Position numbers and translations under genes: made by a program. The notes below the pieces were generated by a model, which ran no database searches, had not been told where the DNA came from, and worked only from the letters and a program-made list of their open reading frames with translations. From an uncultured Chloroflexia bacterium (GTDB taxonomy: Bacteria; Chloroflexota; Limnocylindria; Limnocylindrales; CSP1-4), in NCBI GenBank assembly GCA_963763775.1, contig CAVXPZ010000001.1, positions 1,344,001 to 1,408,000 of the forward strand: DNA of 64,000 nucleotides, given 5' to 3'. Shown here piece by piece: positions 54,301 to 64,000 of the stretch. Within the stretch, counting starts at the first letter, position 1. Every line of letters starts with the position of its first letter.

Positions 54301-57300
54301 ATGTCAGGTCCGCGGTCCAGCCCGGTCCTCGTCGGACGAGCCAGCGAGCTCGCCCTGCTCGACGATGCCCTGGCACGCGCCGCGGATGGCGATCCATCCA
54401 TCATCCTGATCAGCGGGGACGCGGGGGTCGGCAAGACTCGCCTCGTGGCCGAGTTCGGGGCGCGAGCTCGCGAAGCGGGGGCCCGGGTCCTCACGGGAGC
54501 CTGTCTCGACCTCGATGGCGAGGGGATCCCGTACGGCCCCTTCCTCGAGGCGCTGCGCGTCCTCGGTGAGGAGCTGGCACCACAGGAGCTTGACGAGATC
54601 CTCGGCGACACGGGACGCGAGTTGGCCCTGGTGGCGCCCGGGTTCGGTCGGTTCGTCGGCGATCCGACCCAGCTCGATCCCGCCGCGCCGCGCGACCAGG
54701 CCGCGCTTCCGCCGGGGCCGGCCGACCAGGCCAGGCTCTTCGAGCTGACGCTCGCGCTGCTGGATCGGCTCGGCCTCGACCGTCCCCTCGTCCTCGTCCT
54801 GGAGGACCTGCATTGGAGCGACCCCGCGACGGGCGACCTGCTCGCCTTCGTGGTCCGCAATCTCCGTCGCGGCCGAGTCCTGGTGATCGGCACGGTTCGT
54901 GCCGAGGATCTCGAACGAGGTCATCCCCTGCTGCTGCGGCTGGCGGAGCTCGGTCGGAACCGGAACGTGGAGCGCCTCGACCTGCCACCGCTGGGGCTCG
55001 ATGCGCAACGGGCGCAAGTGACGGCGATCCTCGGTCGTCGGCCACCTCGCGGTCTGGTCGAACGGATCCATGCCCGGGCCGAAGGCAATCCGTTCTTCGC
55101 CGAGGAGCTCCTGGCGAGCGCCGAGGGATCACCCACCGTCGAGGAGCCGGTCGCTGCCGAGGCTTCGCCCGGCGTGCCGGCATCGCTGCGAGACATCCTC
55201 GCCGGGCGCATCGCCGGTCTGTCCCCCGACGCGCAGCGGATCCTCCGCGTGGCCGCCATCGCCGGATCCCGAGCGGACGACGCCTCGATCGAGGTCCTGT
55301 CCGGCCTGCCACCGGACAGCGTCGCCGACCTCATGCGCGAGGTGGTCACGCGCCACTTCCTCGAGGTCGAACAGCGATCGGACGGCTACCGGTTCCGGCA
55401 CGCGCTGCTCGCGGAAGTGGTCATGGCCGATCTCCTTCCCGGGGAGCGCCGGCGACTGCATGAAGCGGTAGCCCGCTGGCTCGTCGACCCCGACCGCGTC
55501 GCCGACGGCGGTCTGCCGGCCACGCCGGCCGAGCTCGCGCACCACTGGTCGGCGGCCGGGAACGCCCGTGAGGCGCTCGCCGCGTCCGTCCAGGCGTCCA
55601 GGGCGGCGACGGCGCTCCACGCCTATGCCGACGCCTATCGTCAGGCGGAGCGAGCGCTCGATGCGTGGGACCGGGTGACGGACCCCGAGTCGGTCATCGG
55701 CATGGACCTGGTCGACCTGCTTCGGGAGACGGCCGACGCGGCCGACTTCGCGAATGAGCCGGCCCGTTCGGTGGAGCTCGTGACGAGGGCGCTCGGGCTG
55801 CTGGACGAGACCCGCGACCCGATCCGGGCCGGGCTCGTGCACGCGAGGCTCGGGTATTACCGCTGGCTGCTCGGGGAACGGCAGGCACTGGTCGACGAGG
55901 CTCGCCTCGCGATGGCCCTCATCCCGGAGGACCCGCCGAGCGTGGAGCGCGCCAGAGTGGTCGGCGGCCTGGCCTCGGCGCTGATGCCCACGGGGCGGTA
56001 CCGCGAGTCCCTGGACCTGTGCGAGGCGGCCATCGCGACCCTCCGAGCCACCGGATCGCACGAGGGCGAGGCCCGACTGGTCATGATCAAGGGCGTCGAC
56101 CTCGTGAGCCTCGGCGAGACGGAGGCCGGACTGGATCAGCTCCGCGCGGCGATCGCGATCGCCCGCGAGGTCGGGCCGCCCGACACGATGCTGACCTGCC
56201 AGCACAACCTCGCGTTCGTGCTGGCCCAGACCGATCGCTTCGAGGAGGGTCTCCAGGTCGACCTCGACGGTCTCGAGGCCGCTCGCCGGGTCGGGCTGGA
56301 GCTGCGCTTCGGCGCCGGACTCCGAGCGAGCGCGAGCGACATCCTGCTGCGGTGCGGACGCTGGGACGAGGCTGACCGGATCACCCGTGAAGGCCTCGAC
56401 CTCGACGTCGACGACCGATCGGGTTCGATCTACCTGCGGGCTACGCGCGCGATCCTGCTGGCGGTCCGCGGCGACCGCGACGCGCTCGGCCCGGAGCTCG
56501 AGGCGGTGACGGCCGCAGCCGCGGGTGACATCGATCCGGACGTCCGGGCCTACACGCTCCAGGCCCGCGCCGAAGCCGCCGTCCTCGACGGGCAGCCTGG
56601 CGAGGCGCTGGAGGCCGTCGAGCGAGCCCTGGAGGAGTTCGCCGGGTCCGACGAGACGTTCCTCATCGCCCCGCTGCTCCTCCTTGGCATGATGTCGGCG
56701 GCCGACCTCGCGGATGACGGGCGGGCGTTCCGCGACGAGGAACGCGTCGTGCGCGCCGTGACCGCCGGCGAGGCCTTCCTCGCCCAGGTCCGGGCGTTCA
56801 CCGGCGCCCCGACCGAGACCCCGTCGATCAAGGCCACGATCGCCACGGCCGAGGCTGAGGCCTCGCGGCTCGCGGGCGAGCCGGATGTCGCTGCCTGGGT
56901 CGCCGCGGCGGCCGCGTGGGAGGCGGTCCCGATGCCGTACCCGGCGGCGCGCGCTCGGGCACGAGCTGGCGAGGCCATCCTCCTCGTGCGGGGACCGCGC
57001 GACGCCGCGACGGACCTGCTGCGCCAGGCCCATGCCCAGGCCGTGGCGCTCGAGGCGAAACCCCTCCGGATCGAGATCGAATCGATCGCCGGTCGTGCGC
57101 GGATCGACCTGACCGATCGAGCGACGGCCGCCGCGGTGGCCCGATCAGACGACGCGAGCGAGGTCGCGGCACGCGGTCCGGCCGAGATCCTCGGCTTGTC
57201 CGCCCGGGAATGGGAGGTCCTCGAGCTCGTGGCCGCCGGGCGCTCGAACGGCGAGATCGCCGAGGCACTCTTCATCAGCCCGAAGACGGCGAGCGTCCAC

Positions 57301-57426
57301 GTGACCCACATCCTCAACAAGCTGGGGGTCAACAACCGGGTCGAGGCGGCGACGATCGCCGTCCGTGTCGGGGCGAACGAGCCGGCCGACGGGGATGACC
57401 CACCGGCCGGCGATCGGATCGCTTGA
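54301..57426 (+). CDS. Large ATP-binding LuxR regulator (AAA/STAND + TPR + LuxR HTH)
   Basis: LVGR, GDAGVGKT, VLEDLHW, GNPFF, FRHALL, LSAREWEVL..ISPKTASVHV. Confidence 0.92.
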   Translation: MSGPRSSPVLVGRASELALLDDALARAADGDPSIILISGDAGVGKTRLVAEFGARAREAGARVLTGACLDLDGEGIPYGPFLEALRVLGEELAPQELDEILGDTGRELALVAPGFGRFVGDPTQLDPAAPRDQAALPPGPADQARLFELTLALLDRLGLDRPLVLVLEDLHWSDPATGDLLAFVVRNLRRGRVLVIGTVRAEDLERGHPLLLRLAELGRNRNVERLDLPPLGLDAQRAQVTAILGRRPPRGLVERIHARAEGNPFFAEELLASAEGSPTVEEPVAAEASPGVPASLRDILAGRIAGLSPDAQRILRVAAIAGSRADDASIEVLSGLPPDSVADLMREVVTRHFLEVEQRSDGYRFRHALLAEVVMADLLPGERRRLHEAVARWLVDPDRVADGGLPATPAELAHHWSAAGNAREALAASVQASRAATALHAYADAYRQAERALDAWDRVTDPESVIGMDLVDLLRETADAADFANEPARSVELVTRALGLLDETRDPIRAGLVHARLGYYRWLLGERQALVDEARLAMALIPEDPPSVERARVVGGLASALMPTGRYRESLDLCEAAIATLRATGSHEGEARLVMIKGVDLVSLGETEAGLDQLRAAIAIAREVGPPDTMLTCQHNLAFVLAQTDRFEEGLQVDLDGLEAARRVGLELRFGAGLRASASDILLRCGRWDEADRITREGLDLDVDDRSGSIYLRATRAILLAVRGDRDALGPELEAVTAAAAGDIDPDVRAYTLQARAEAAVLDGQPGEALEAVERALEEFAGSDETFLIAPLLLLGMMSAADLADDGRAFRDEERVVRAVTAGEAFLAQVRAFTGAPTETPSIKATIATAEAEASRLAGEPDVAAWVAAAAAWEAVPMPYPAARARARAGEAILLVRGPRDAATDLLRQAHAQAVALEAKPLRIEIESIAGRARIDLTDRATAAAVARSDDASEVAARGPAEILGLSAREWEVLELVAAGRSNGEIAEALFISPKTASVHVTHILNKLGVNNRVEAATIAVRVGANEPADGDDPPAGDRIA

Positions 57427-57915
57427 TCAGCGAGGGATCGTTCCCCCGTGGTCGTGATCCTCGATCACGGTGAACCCGGCACCGACGAGCACGCCCTTGA
57501 CCACGTCGCGCTCGTCTTCGTCCTCGAAGCTGAGGCCCACGTGGGCGACGCCGTCGAACATGTCGATCAGGAGCACGCCCAGGATGTTGTGGTCTCCGCT
57601 GCCGATGAGTTCCGCGGCATCGGCGAGCTGACCCGGCATGTCCTGCAGTTCCAGCATCAGGGCGGGGTGCTCCTCGACGCTCACCGCCCGCCGGCCGCCG
57701 CCGAGTTCGACGGCACGGATCAGGTCGACGATCTGGCCGGTGTCACCGTCGTCGTCCTCGATGGCGAAGGAGATGATCCCGACCTCGCGACCGAGTGCCG
57801 GCGCCTCGCCGCCGCCGATCGCGCCGATGTTGTAGCCCGCGTCGGCGAGCGCCCGGCTGATCCGGCCCAGGTCGCCGACCGACCCGACCGTCGCCGCACT
57901 GACGATCTTGTGCAT
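57427..57915 (-). CDS. Tandem ACT-domain-like protein
   Basis: VGDLGRISRALADAGYNI; LQDMPGQLADAAELIG...NI; GGAGG RBS. Confidence 0.65.
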   Translation of the reverse strand: MHKIVSAATVGSVGDLGRISRALADAGYNIGAIGGGEAPALGREVGIISFAIEDDDGDTGQIVDLIRAVELGGGRRAVSVEEHPALMLELQDMPGQLADAAELIGSGDHNILGVLLIDMFDGVAHVGLSFEDEDERDVVKGVLVGAGFTVIEDHDHGGTIPR

Positions 57916-58038
57916 CGCGTCACCCTCCGGGTCGTCGGGCGGCGCGTCTGGGGGGCGCCTGAACTCGACGGACTCCGGATGCTACACCTCGCGCGTCAGC
58001 GTGCCGTTCGTCTCCACGCGCGCGCCACGACCCGGCCT

Positions 58039-59950
58039 TCAGGGTGCGGGGCAGGCTTCCGGGCCGAGCCGCGCGCCCGTCGCGTCCAGCCCGTAGCCGA
58101 ACGGGAAGCGGGCCCCGTCGCACGGCTCCTTGGCGGTCCGCGGGGCATCAGCGGGCGTCAGCGGCCACGTGTACGGCGTGGTCGCCGTGAACGGCTTGTC
58201 GCCGAGAAGGACATCGGCCACGCCGGCGCCTTCCGTGCCGGGCAGCCACGACGCGACCACCGCGTCCGCGGATGGCAGGATCTCGTCGAGCAGGACCGGT
58301 CGCCCGGAGAGGACGACGACGATGAGCCGGTCGACGTGGCGACGGACCCGCCCGATGACGGCGAGGTCTGCCGCCGGCAGCGCCAGCGTCGCCGAGTCCC
58401 CGACGCCCTCGGCGTAGGGCGGCTCCGCGACCACGACGATGCCGGTCTTCGCCGTGGTCCCGGCCGGGAAATGCCCACCGGCCTCGTACTCGAGGTGATC
58501 GCCGAGGCGTGCGCCGAGGGCGTCCGCGATCGTCGTCCCGGGCGTCGTCGCGCCTTCGCTCCCCTGCCAGGTGATCGTCCAGCCACCTGACTGGAGCCCG
58601 ATATCGTCGGCGCCACGGCCGGCGAGCAGCACCGGTCCCGTCCTTTGCGTCGATCGGCAGGACACCGGGCGCCGTCTTGAGCAGGACCTGGGACTTGGCG
58701 ACCGCCTCGCGCGCGATCGCGCGGTCGTCCGCCGACCCGACGGCAGCGCTCTGTCCGGCCGGCGGCATCGGGTGCTCGAACAGGCCCATCTCGAACTTGA
58801 CCCGCAGGATGCGCCGGACGGCGTCATCGACGCGGCTCTCGAGGATGTTCCCGCTCGTGAGCCCCGCACGGACCGCGTCGGCGAACCGCCGGCCGTCGTA
58901 CGGGACCATCGCCATGTCGACGCCAGCGGACACGGCCTTGGCGACGGCCGCGTCGTAGTCGGGATCGACCTGGTCGATCGCGGCCCAGTCCGAGACGACG
59001 AAGCCGGTGAACCCGAGCTCGCCCTTGAGGATCTCGCTGATCAGATGCGGGTCCGCGGTGACCTTGCCCGCTTGCGTGCTCGAGAACGACGTCATGACGA
59101 TGCGGACGCCGGCATCGAGGGCGGCCTCGTACGGGGTGAGGTGGATCGCCCGGAAGGTGGCCTCATCCAGGTCGGTGACACCCTGGTCGATGAGGTAGCC
59201 CGGGGTCGTGGACGACCCGAAGGCCGTGCCCCCGTCGCCGGCGAAGTGCTTGGCCGTGGCCATCGCCGAGTCGGTCGCGGTCGGATCGTCGCCCTGGAGG
59301 CCGCGGATGAACGCGCTCGCCATGTCGCTGACGAGCAGCGGGTCCTCGCCGTAGCCCTCGTACGTCCGGCCCCAGCGCACGTCCTGGGGCACGGCGACCA
59401 CCGGCCCGAAGTCCCATCGGATGCCGGTCGCGGCCATCTCCCGGGCGGTCGCCCGTCCGATCCGCTGCATCAGGTCCGGGTCGTTCGCGGCGCCGAGCCC
59501 CACCTGTTGCGGGAAGATCGTGGCCCCGACGACGTTGTTGTGGCCGTGGACGGCATCCACGCCGTAGAGCATCGGGATGCCGAGCCGGGTCGCGAGCGCC
59601 GCCTGCTGGAGCGCGTCGACCATCGCGTACCAGCTCGCCGGGTCGTTGGTCGGCGGCGCGCCGCCCCCGCCGCTCAGGACCGAGCCGAGCATGAGGGTCG
59701 TCACGTCGGCCGGCGTGACCGAGCCGATCTCGAGCTGGGTCATCTGGCCGATCTTCTCGTCGGTCGTCATCTGGGCGAGCAGCGCCTCGACGCGAGCCTC
59801 GATCGGCTGCGCGGCATCGTGCCAGTCGGCGGGCGCCGACGGGGCGACCTCGCTGGCGGCGGGGGTCGGCGAGGACTCGGACGAGCCGCAGGCACCCAGG
59901 ACGAGGACCATGGCGGCAAGGGCGGCGAGGGACCGGCGGGATCGCGTCAT
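58039..59950 (-). CDS. GH3 beta-glucosidase lipoprotein, frameshifted
   Basis: Lipobox LGAC; EKIGQMTQ, YGVDAVHG, RWGRTYEG, AKHF, VSDW, GGWTITWQG; shift near 58640. Confidence 0.9.
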
Positions 59951-59991
59951 GCCGCGCCAAGTATGGGTCGACGCGCGAGCGCTCGACGCGG

Positions 59992-60489
59992 TCAGTCCGG
60001 ACCGTTCCGCCGCCGGCGGTCCAGGGTGTCGCGCACGCGCTGCGCTCCGAGCGCCGGGTCGTCGTGCTCCCAGAGGCGGACCACCTGCCAACCCGCCTCC
60101 GCGAGCATGGCGTCGGTCTCCGCGTCGCGGTCCCGGTTCCGTCCGATCTTGGCGGCCCAGTAGTCGGCGTTCGTGCGGGGCGCGGCGAAGTGGACCGGGC
60201 AGCCATGCCAGAAGCACCCGTCGACGAAGACCGCGATCCGCAACGGCCGGAAGACGAGATCCGCCGTCCGACGCAGCCCGAGGATGGGTCGGGCCGCGAC
60301 GCGGTACCGCAGGCCGAGGGCGTGGACCGCGGACCGGAGGGCGACCTCAGGACGGGTGTCGCGGCTGCGGTTGCCCTGCATCGAGCGACGCGTGGCTGGT
60401 GACGACGCCCATGAGCCGCCCAGGATGCCCGCCGCCGACCCGCCGACCTGCCCCCGGTCCGCCACCGCCACCTCCCGCCCAGGGGACAT
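59992..60489 (-). CDS. vsr: Very short patch repair endonuclease
   Basis: RRSMQGNRSRDTRPE, FVDGCFWHGCP, YWAAKIGRN, VVRLWEH; start uncertain. Confidence 0.88.
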   Translation of the reverse strand: MSPGREVAVADRGQVGGSAAGILGGSWASSPATRRSMQGNRSRDTRPEVALRSAVHALGLRYRVAARPILGLRRTADLVFRPLRIAVFVDGCFWHGCPVHFAAPRTNADYWAAKIGRNRDRDAETDAMLAEAGWQVVRLWEHDDPALGAQRVRDTLDRRRRNGPD

Positions 60490-60608
60490 GCCGTCCCTAC
60501 CGAGAGGAACCCGCGGCAAGCGAGCATCGTTGCGTGGAAGGGCCGGAAGGAGACCCGAGGTTCGCACTCGTGACATGGGAACCTCGGGTCAGGCATCATC
60601 CTTGCGAC

Positions 60609-61556
60609 ATGGCTGACCAGACCTCGAGCATGTCCCTCCCCAAGGCGCCGTACCAGCGCGTGCACGTCATCGTCAACCCGGCGTCGGGCGGGGACGAGCC
60701 CATCCTCAACGTGCTCAACGACGTCTTCCGCGAGCACAAGGTGGACTGGGACGTCAGCGTGACCCACAAGTACGGGGATGCCGCCGCCCAGGCCCGGCGG
60801 GCCATCGAGGACGGCGTCGACCTCGTCGCGGCGTACGGCGGGGATGGCACCCAGCACGAGATCGCCAACGCGCTCGTGGAGGCGGCCGTCGAGACGGGAC
60901 GGCAGACGCCGCTGGGCATCCTGCCCGGCGGGACCGGCAACGGGTTCGCTCGGGAGATGGGCGTCCCCAACACCCTGCGCGAGGCGCTGGAGAACATCTG
61001 CATCAGCTCGAGGACGCGGGCCGTCGACGTGGGCCGGCTCCGGGAGCTCGGGCAGGCGACGGTCGCCGACCGCTACTTCGTCCAGCGGCTGTACGTCGGG
61101 GTCGAGCCCGAGGAGCAGACGAGTCGCGAGCTCAAGGACCGGTACGGGGTCTTCGCCTACCTCGTGAACGCCACCCGGCACACGAAGGACACGACCGTCG
61201 TCCACTACCGCGCCGAGCTCGATGGCGAGTCCATCGAATTCGATGCCACGAAGGTCTATGTCGTCAACTCCGGGATGATGGGGACGGGCCTCCGCATCAC
61301 CCATTCCTACGCGGTCGATGACGGGCTGCTCGACTGCTTCCGGATCGACCAGCATGACTACGCGACCCTCGCCGCGGCCGCGATCCGCTTCCTGGACCTG
61401 CCGATGTCGGGTCTGACGAAGTTCCATCGGCAGTGCCGCTCGCTCCGGATCGAGAGCGACCCCGACCAGCCCGTCTGGACGGACGGCGAATACGTCGGAC
61501 GCACCCCGCTGACGGTCGACGTCATGCCGGGGGCCCTCTCCGTTGTCGTCGCCTGA
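60609..61556 (+). CDS. Diacylglycerol kinase family (YegS/DgkB-like) lipid kinase
   Basis: IVNPASG, GGDGT, LPGGTGN, DDGLLD, WTDGE. Confidence 0.9.
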   Translation: MADQTSSMSLPKAPYQRVHVIVNPASGGDEPILNVLNDVFREHKVDWDVSVTHKYGDAAAQARRAIEDGVDLVAAYGGDGTQHEIANALVEAAVETGRQTPLGILPGGTGNGFAREMGVPNTLREALENICISSRTRAVDVGRLRELGQATVADRYFVQRLYVGVEPEEQTSRELKDRYGVFAYLVNATRHTKDTTVVHYRAELDGESIEFDATKVYVVNSGMMGTGLRITHSYAVDDGLLDCFRIDQHDYATLAAAAIRFLDLPMSGLTKFHRQCRSLRIESDPDQPVWTDGEYVGRTPLTVDVMPGALSVVVA

Positions 61557-62093
61557 GCCGCGACCCGGTCTGTCCCCGTTCCACCGGGCCTTCGACCGCC
61601 TGTACCCCGCGATCCGGTTCACGTACGAGCGGCTCCAGGGCCATGCCTGGTTCTCGCAGATCGAGCCCCGACTCTGGCTCGGCGGAGCGCCGACCTACCG
61701 GCGCGACTACGAGGCGCTCCTCGGGTTCGGGATCAGCGCCGTGCTGGACACCCGGGCGGAGCGACGGTCCGACGACGCCTTCTACGACGCCCACGGCATC
61801 ACGCACCGCCGGTTCCTGGTGCCGGACGTGACCGTGCCGGACGAGGCCGTCCTGACGGAGGCCGTCGCCTGGATCGACGACCAGCTCGGGGATGGCCGGA
61901 CGGTGCTGATCCACTGCGCGAAGGGACGAGGTCGCTCCGCGACGGTCGCTCGCCGCCTACCTGATGAAGACCGAAGGGATGACCTTCGACGCCGTGCGCG
62001 ACCTGTTGCGGTCGAAGCGAGACGCTGGTCAAGCTCGAGGACCGGCACCGCCGGGTGCTGGAGTCGTGGGTCTCGTCCTCGGCGGGGCGATGA
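61543..62093 (+). CDS. Dual-specificity (CX5R) phosphatase, frameshifted
   Basis: WFSQI...LWLG, VPD, LIHCAKGRGRSAT; ends by ATGA overlap with next gene. Confidence 0.8.
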
Positions 62094-63592
62094 CCGAGCA
62101 CGCCGTGGTGATCGCCGGGGGCGGCCCGACGGGGCTGATGCTGGCCGGGGAACTGGCGCTGGCGGGCGTCGACGTCGCGATCGTCGAGCGGCGCCCGGAT
62201 CAGGGCATCGCCGGCTCGCGTGCCGGGGGGCTCCACGCGCGCACCCTGGAGGTCCTCGATCAGCGGGGCATCGTCGACCGGTTCCTCGCCGAAGGGCAGA
62301 AGGCACCGGCCACCGGGTTCGCCGGGGTGTCAGCTCGATCTCAGCGGCCTTCCGACCCGCTACCCGTACCTCCTCGGACTGCGGCAGAAGCACATCGAGC
62401 GGATCCTCGCCGCGTGGGTCGAGGACCTCGGGGTGCCCGTCTATCGCGGCACCGAGGTGACGGGCTTCGCCGAGGATGACGCGGGAGTCGACGTCCGCGT
62501 CAGCGATGGCCGTTCGCTCCGTGCGATGTACCTGGTCGGATGCGACGGCGGGCGCAGCCTCGTCCGCAAGGCCGCCGGGATCGCCGTTCCCCGGGACCGA
62601 GCCCACCACCAGCAGCATCATCGCCGAGGCCGAGCTGGCGACGGATCCGCCCGAGTGGGGCGTCCGCCGCGACGCGCTCGGGGTCCATGCCCTCGGTCGC
62701 GTGGAGTACGAGATCCGCGACGGCCGGATCGTGTACGCCGATCAGGGTCCGGTCGGCGTCATGGTGACCGAACGGAACGTCGGCGCCACGACCGAACCGA
62801 CCCTCGGCGATCTCCGCGAGGCGCTCATCTCGGTCTACGGGACCGACTACGGCATCCACGACCCCACCTCGATCACGCGGTTCACCGATGCCGCACGGCA
62901 GGCGGCGGCCTACCGCAAGGGCCGGGTGCTGCTGGCCGGCGACGCGGCCCACATCCATCCGCCGGACGGCGGCCAGGGCCTCCAGACGGGTGTGCAGGAC
63001 GCGGTGAACCTCGGCTGGAAGCTGGCCCAGGTGGTCAAGGGGACGTCGCCGGATACCCTGCTCGATACCTATCACGCCGAGCGCCACCCGGTCGCCGCGC
63101 GCGTGCTTCGCCACACGTTGGCCGCCGTCTCGCTGCGCCGCGAGGACGACCACACCAAGGCCCTGCGCGACACGATCGCCGAGCTCCTCGAGCATGGACG
63201 AGCCGCGGAGGACCTTCGCCGCGACGATGGCCGGCCTCGACATCCACTACGACCTCGGCGAGGGGCATCCGCTGCTCGGCCGCCGCATGCCCGATCTCGA
63301 CCTCGAGACCGGCCACGGACCGAGACGGACCTACACGCTGCTGCATGACGCGCAGCCCGTCCTCATCGACTTCGGCGGGCCGGGCAGCTCCGACTTCGGA
63401 CCGTGGGCGGATCGCGTCAAGGTGGTCGATGCCACGTTCGCCGGCGCGTGGGAGCTTCCCGCGCTCGGGGTGATCGCGGCACCTGAGGCCGTGCTGGTGC
63501 GGCCCGACGGGTACGTGGCCTGGGCAGGCGACCGGGCACATCCGGGGCTCAAGGACGCGCTCACCACCTGGTTCGGTGCCGCTACGGGATAA
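62090..63592 (+). CDS. FAD-dependent monooxygenase (PheA/Rox-like), frameshifted
   Basis: GGGPTG, GCDGGRS, LLAGDAAHIH, GGQGL..DAVNLGWKL, LVRPDGYVAW across 3 shifts. Confidence 0.88.
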
Positions 63593-63639
63593 CGCCGAGA
63601 AGCGGAGCCTGCGGCGAGATCGAGCTCGCGACATCGAGC

Positions 63640-63906
63640 CTAGAGGGTGTCGCGCTCGAACACGTCCCCTTCGATGTCGACCAGCTTGGCCTGGATGTAG
63701 CCCGCCGCATCGCGGACGCCCTGGTTGTAGACCGGTGGGCCGAGCTCAGCGACGAAGAAGTCAAGCAGTCGCTCCGCCCGAAACTCGCTCAGCGTTTCGT
63801 CGAACTCGTCGGCGAAGTGCCGCTGGATCACGTCGACCAGCGCCGACCGGCGTTCCGGCGAGAGGCGGATCCGCATCGGGGCATGCGAGCGATCAGCGGC
63901 TGGCAT
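63640..63906 (-). CDS. DUF2164 family protein
   Basis: IQRHF..EFDE, LLDFF..ELGPPVYNQGVRDA. Confidence 0.8.
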   Translation of the reverse strand: MPAADRSHAPMRIRLSPERRSALVDVIQRHFADEFDETLSEFRAERLLDFFVAELGPPVYNQGVRDAAGYIQAKLVDIEGDVFERDTL

Positions 63907-64000
63907 GCCGGCATTCTGACGACCTGGCGCCGTTGCGTGGCATAACGCGCTGCCACGGCGTCGGCACTGAAGACAGGGGGAGTAACGTCTGCTCACCCGT

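Noticed and set aside
63930-64000. Possible ncRNA or tRNA at window edge
   Set aside because: No cloverleaf or recognisable motif, and truncated

Overview
This is a very GC-rich (roughly 70%, estimated by eye), gene-dense bacterial chromosomal window with about 55 genes. I found no rRNA, tRNA, CRISPR array or transposase. Many genes carry single-base frameshifts typical of unpolished long-read assembly, which also create false fusions in the ORF track. Gene content and near-universal leaderless-type -10 boxes would fit a Chloroflexota (Limnocylindria-like) or actinobacterial-like organism; this is inference only. Highlights: (1) an ArsR-DsrE-TusA-DsrE2-TusA-SQR sulfur-handling operon next to YceI, a DevR/DevS(DosRS)-like pair and a USP, with DosR-box-like sites, three of them at class II activator spacing; (2) a twin-cyclase/STAND/TPR gene followed by a ~6.8 kb secreted mosaic protein with DUF642, CSLREA/beta-helix, a 7x 9-aa SGKGGNLxF repeat, a gingipain-like C25 domain and Ig-like domains; (3) an FTR1-cupredoxin fusion; (4) c-di-GMP enzymes plus an orphan GGDEF remnant; (5) an unannotated 58-aa protein; (6) several accessory DNA-repair genes.
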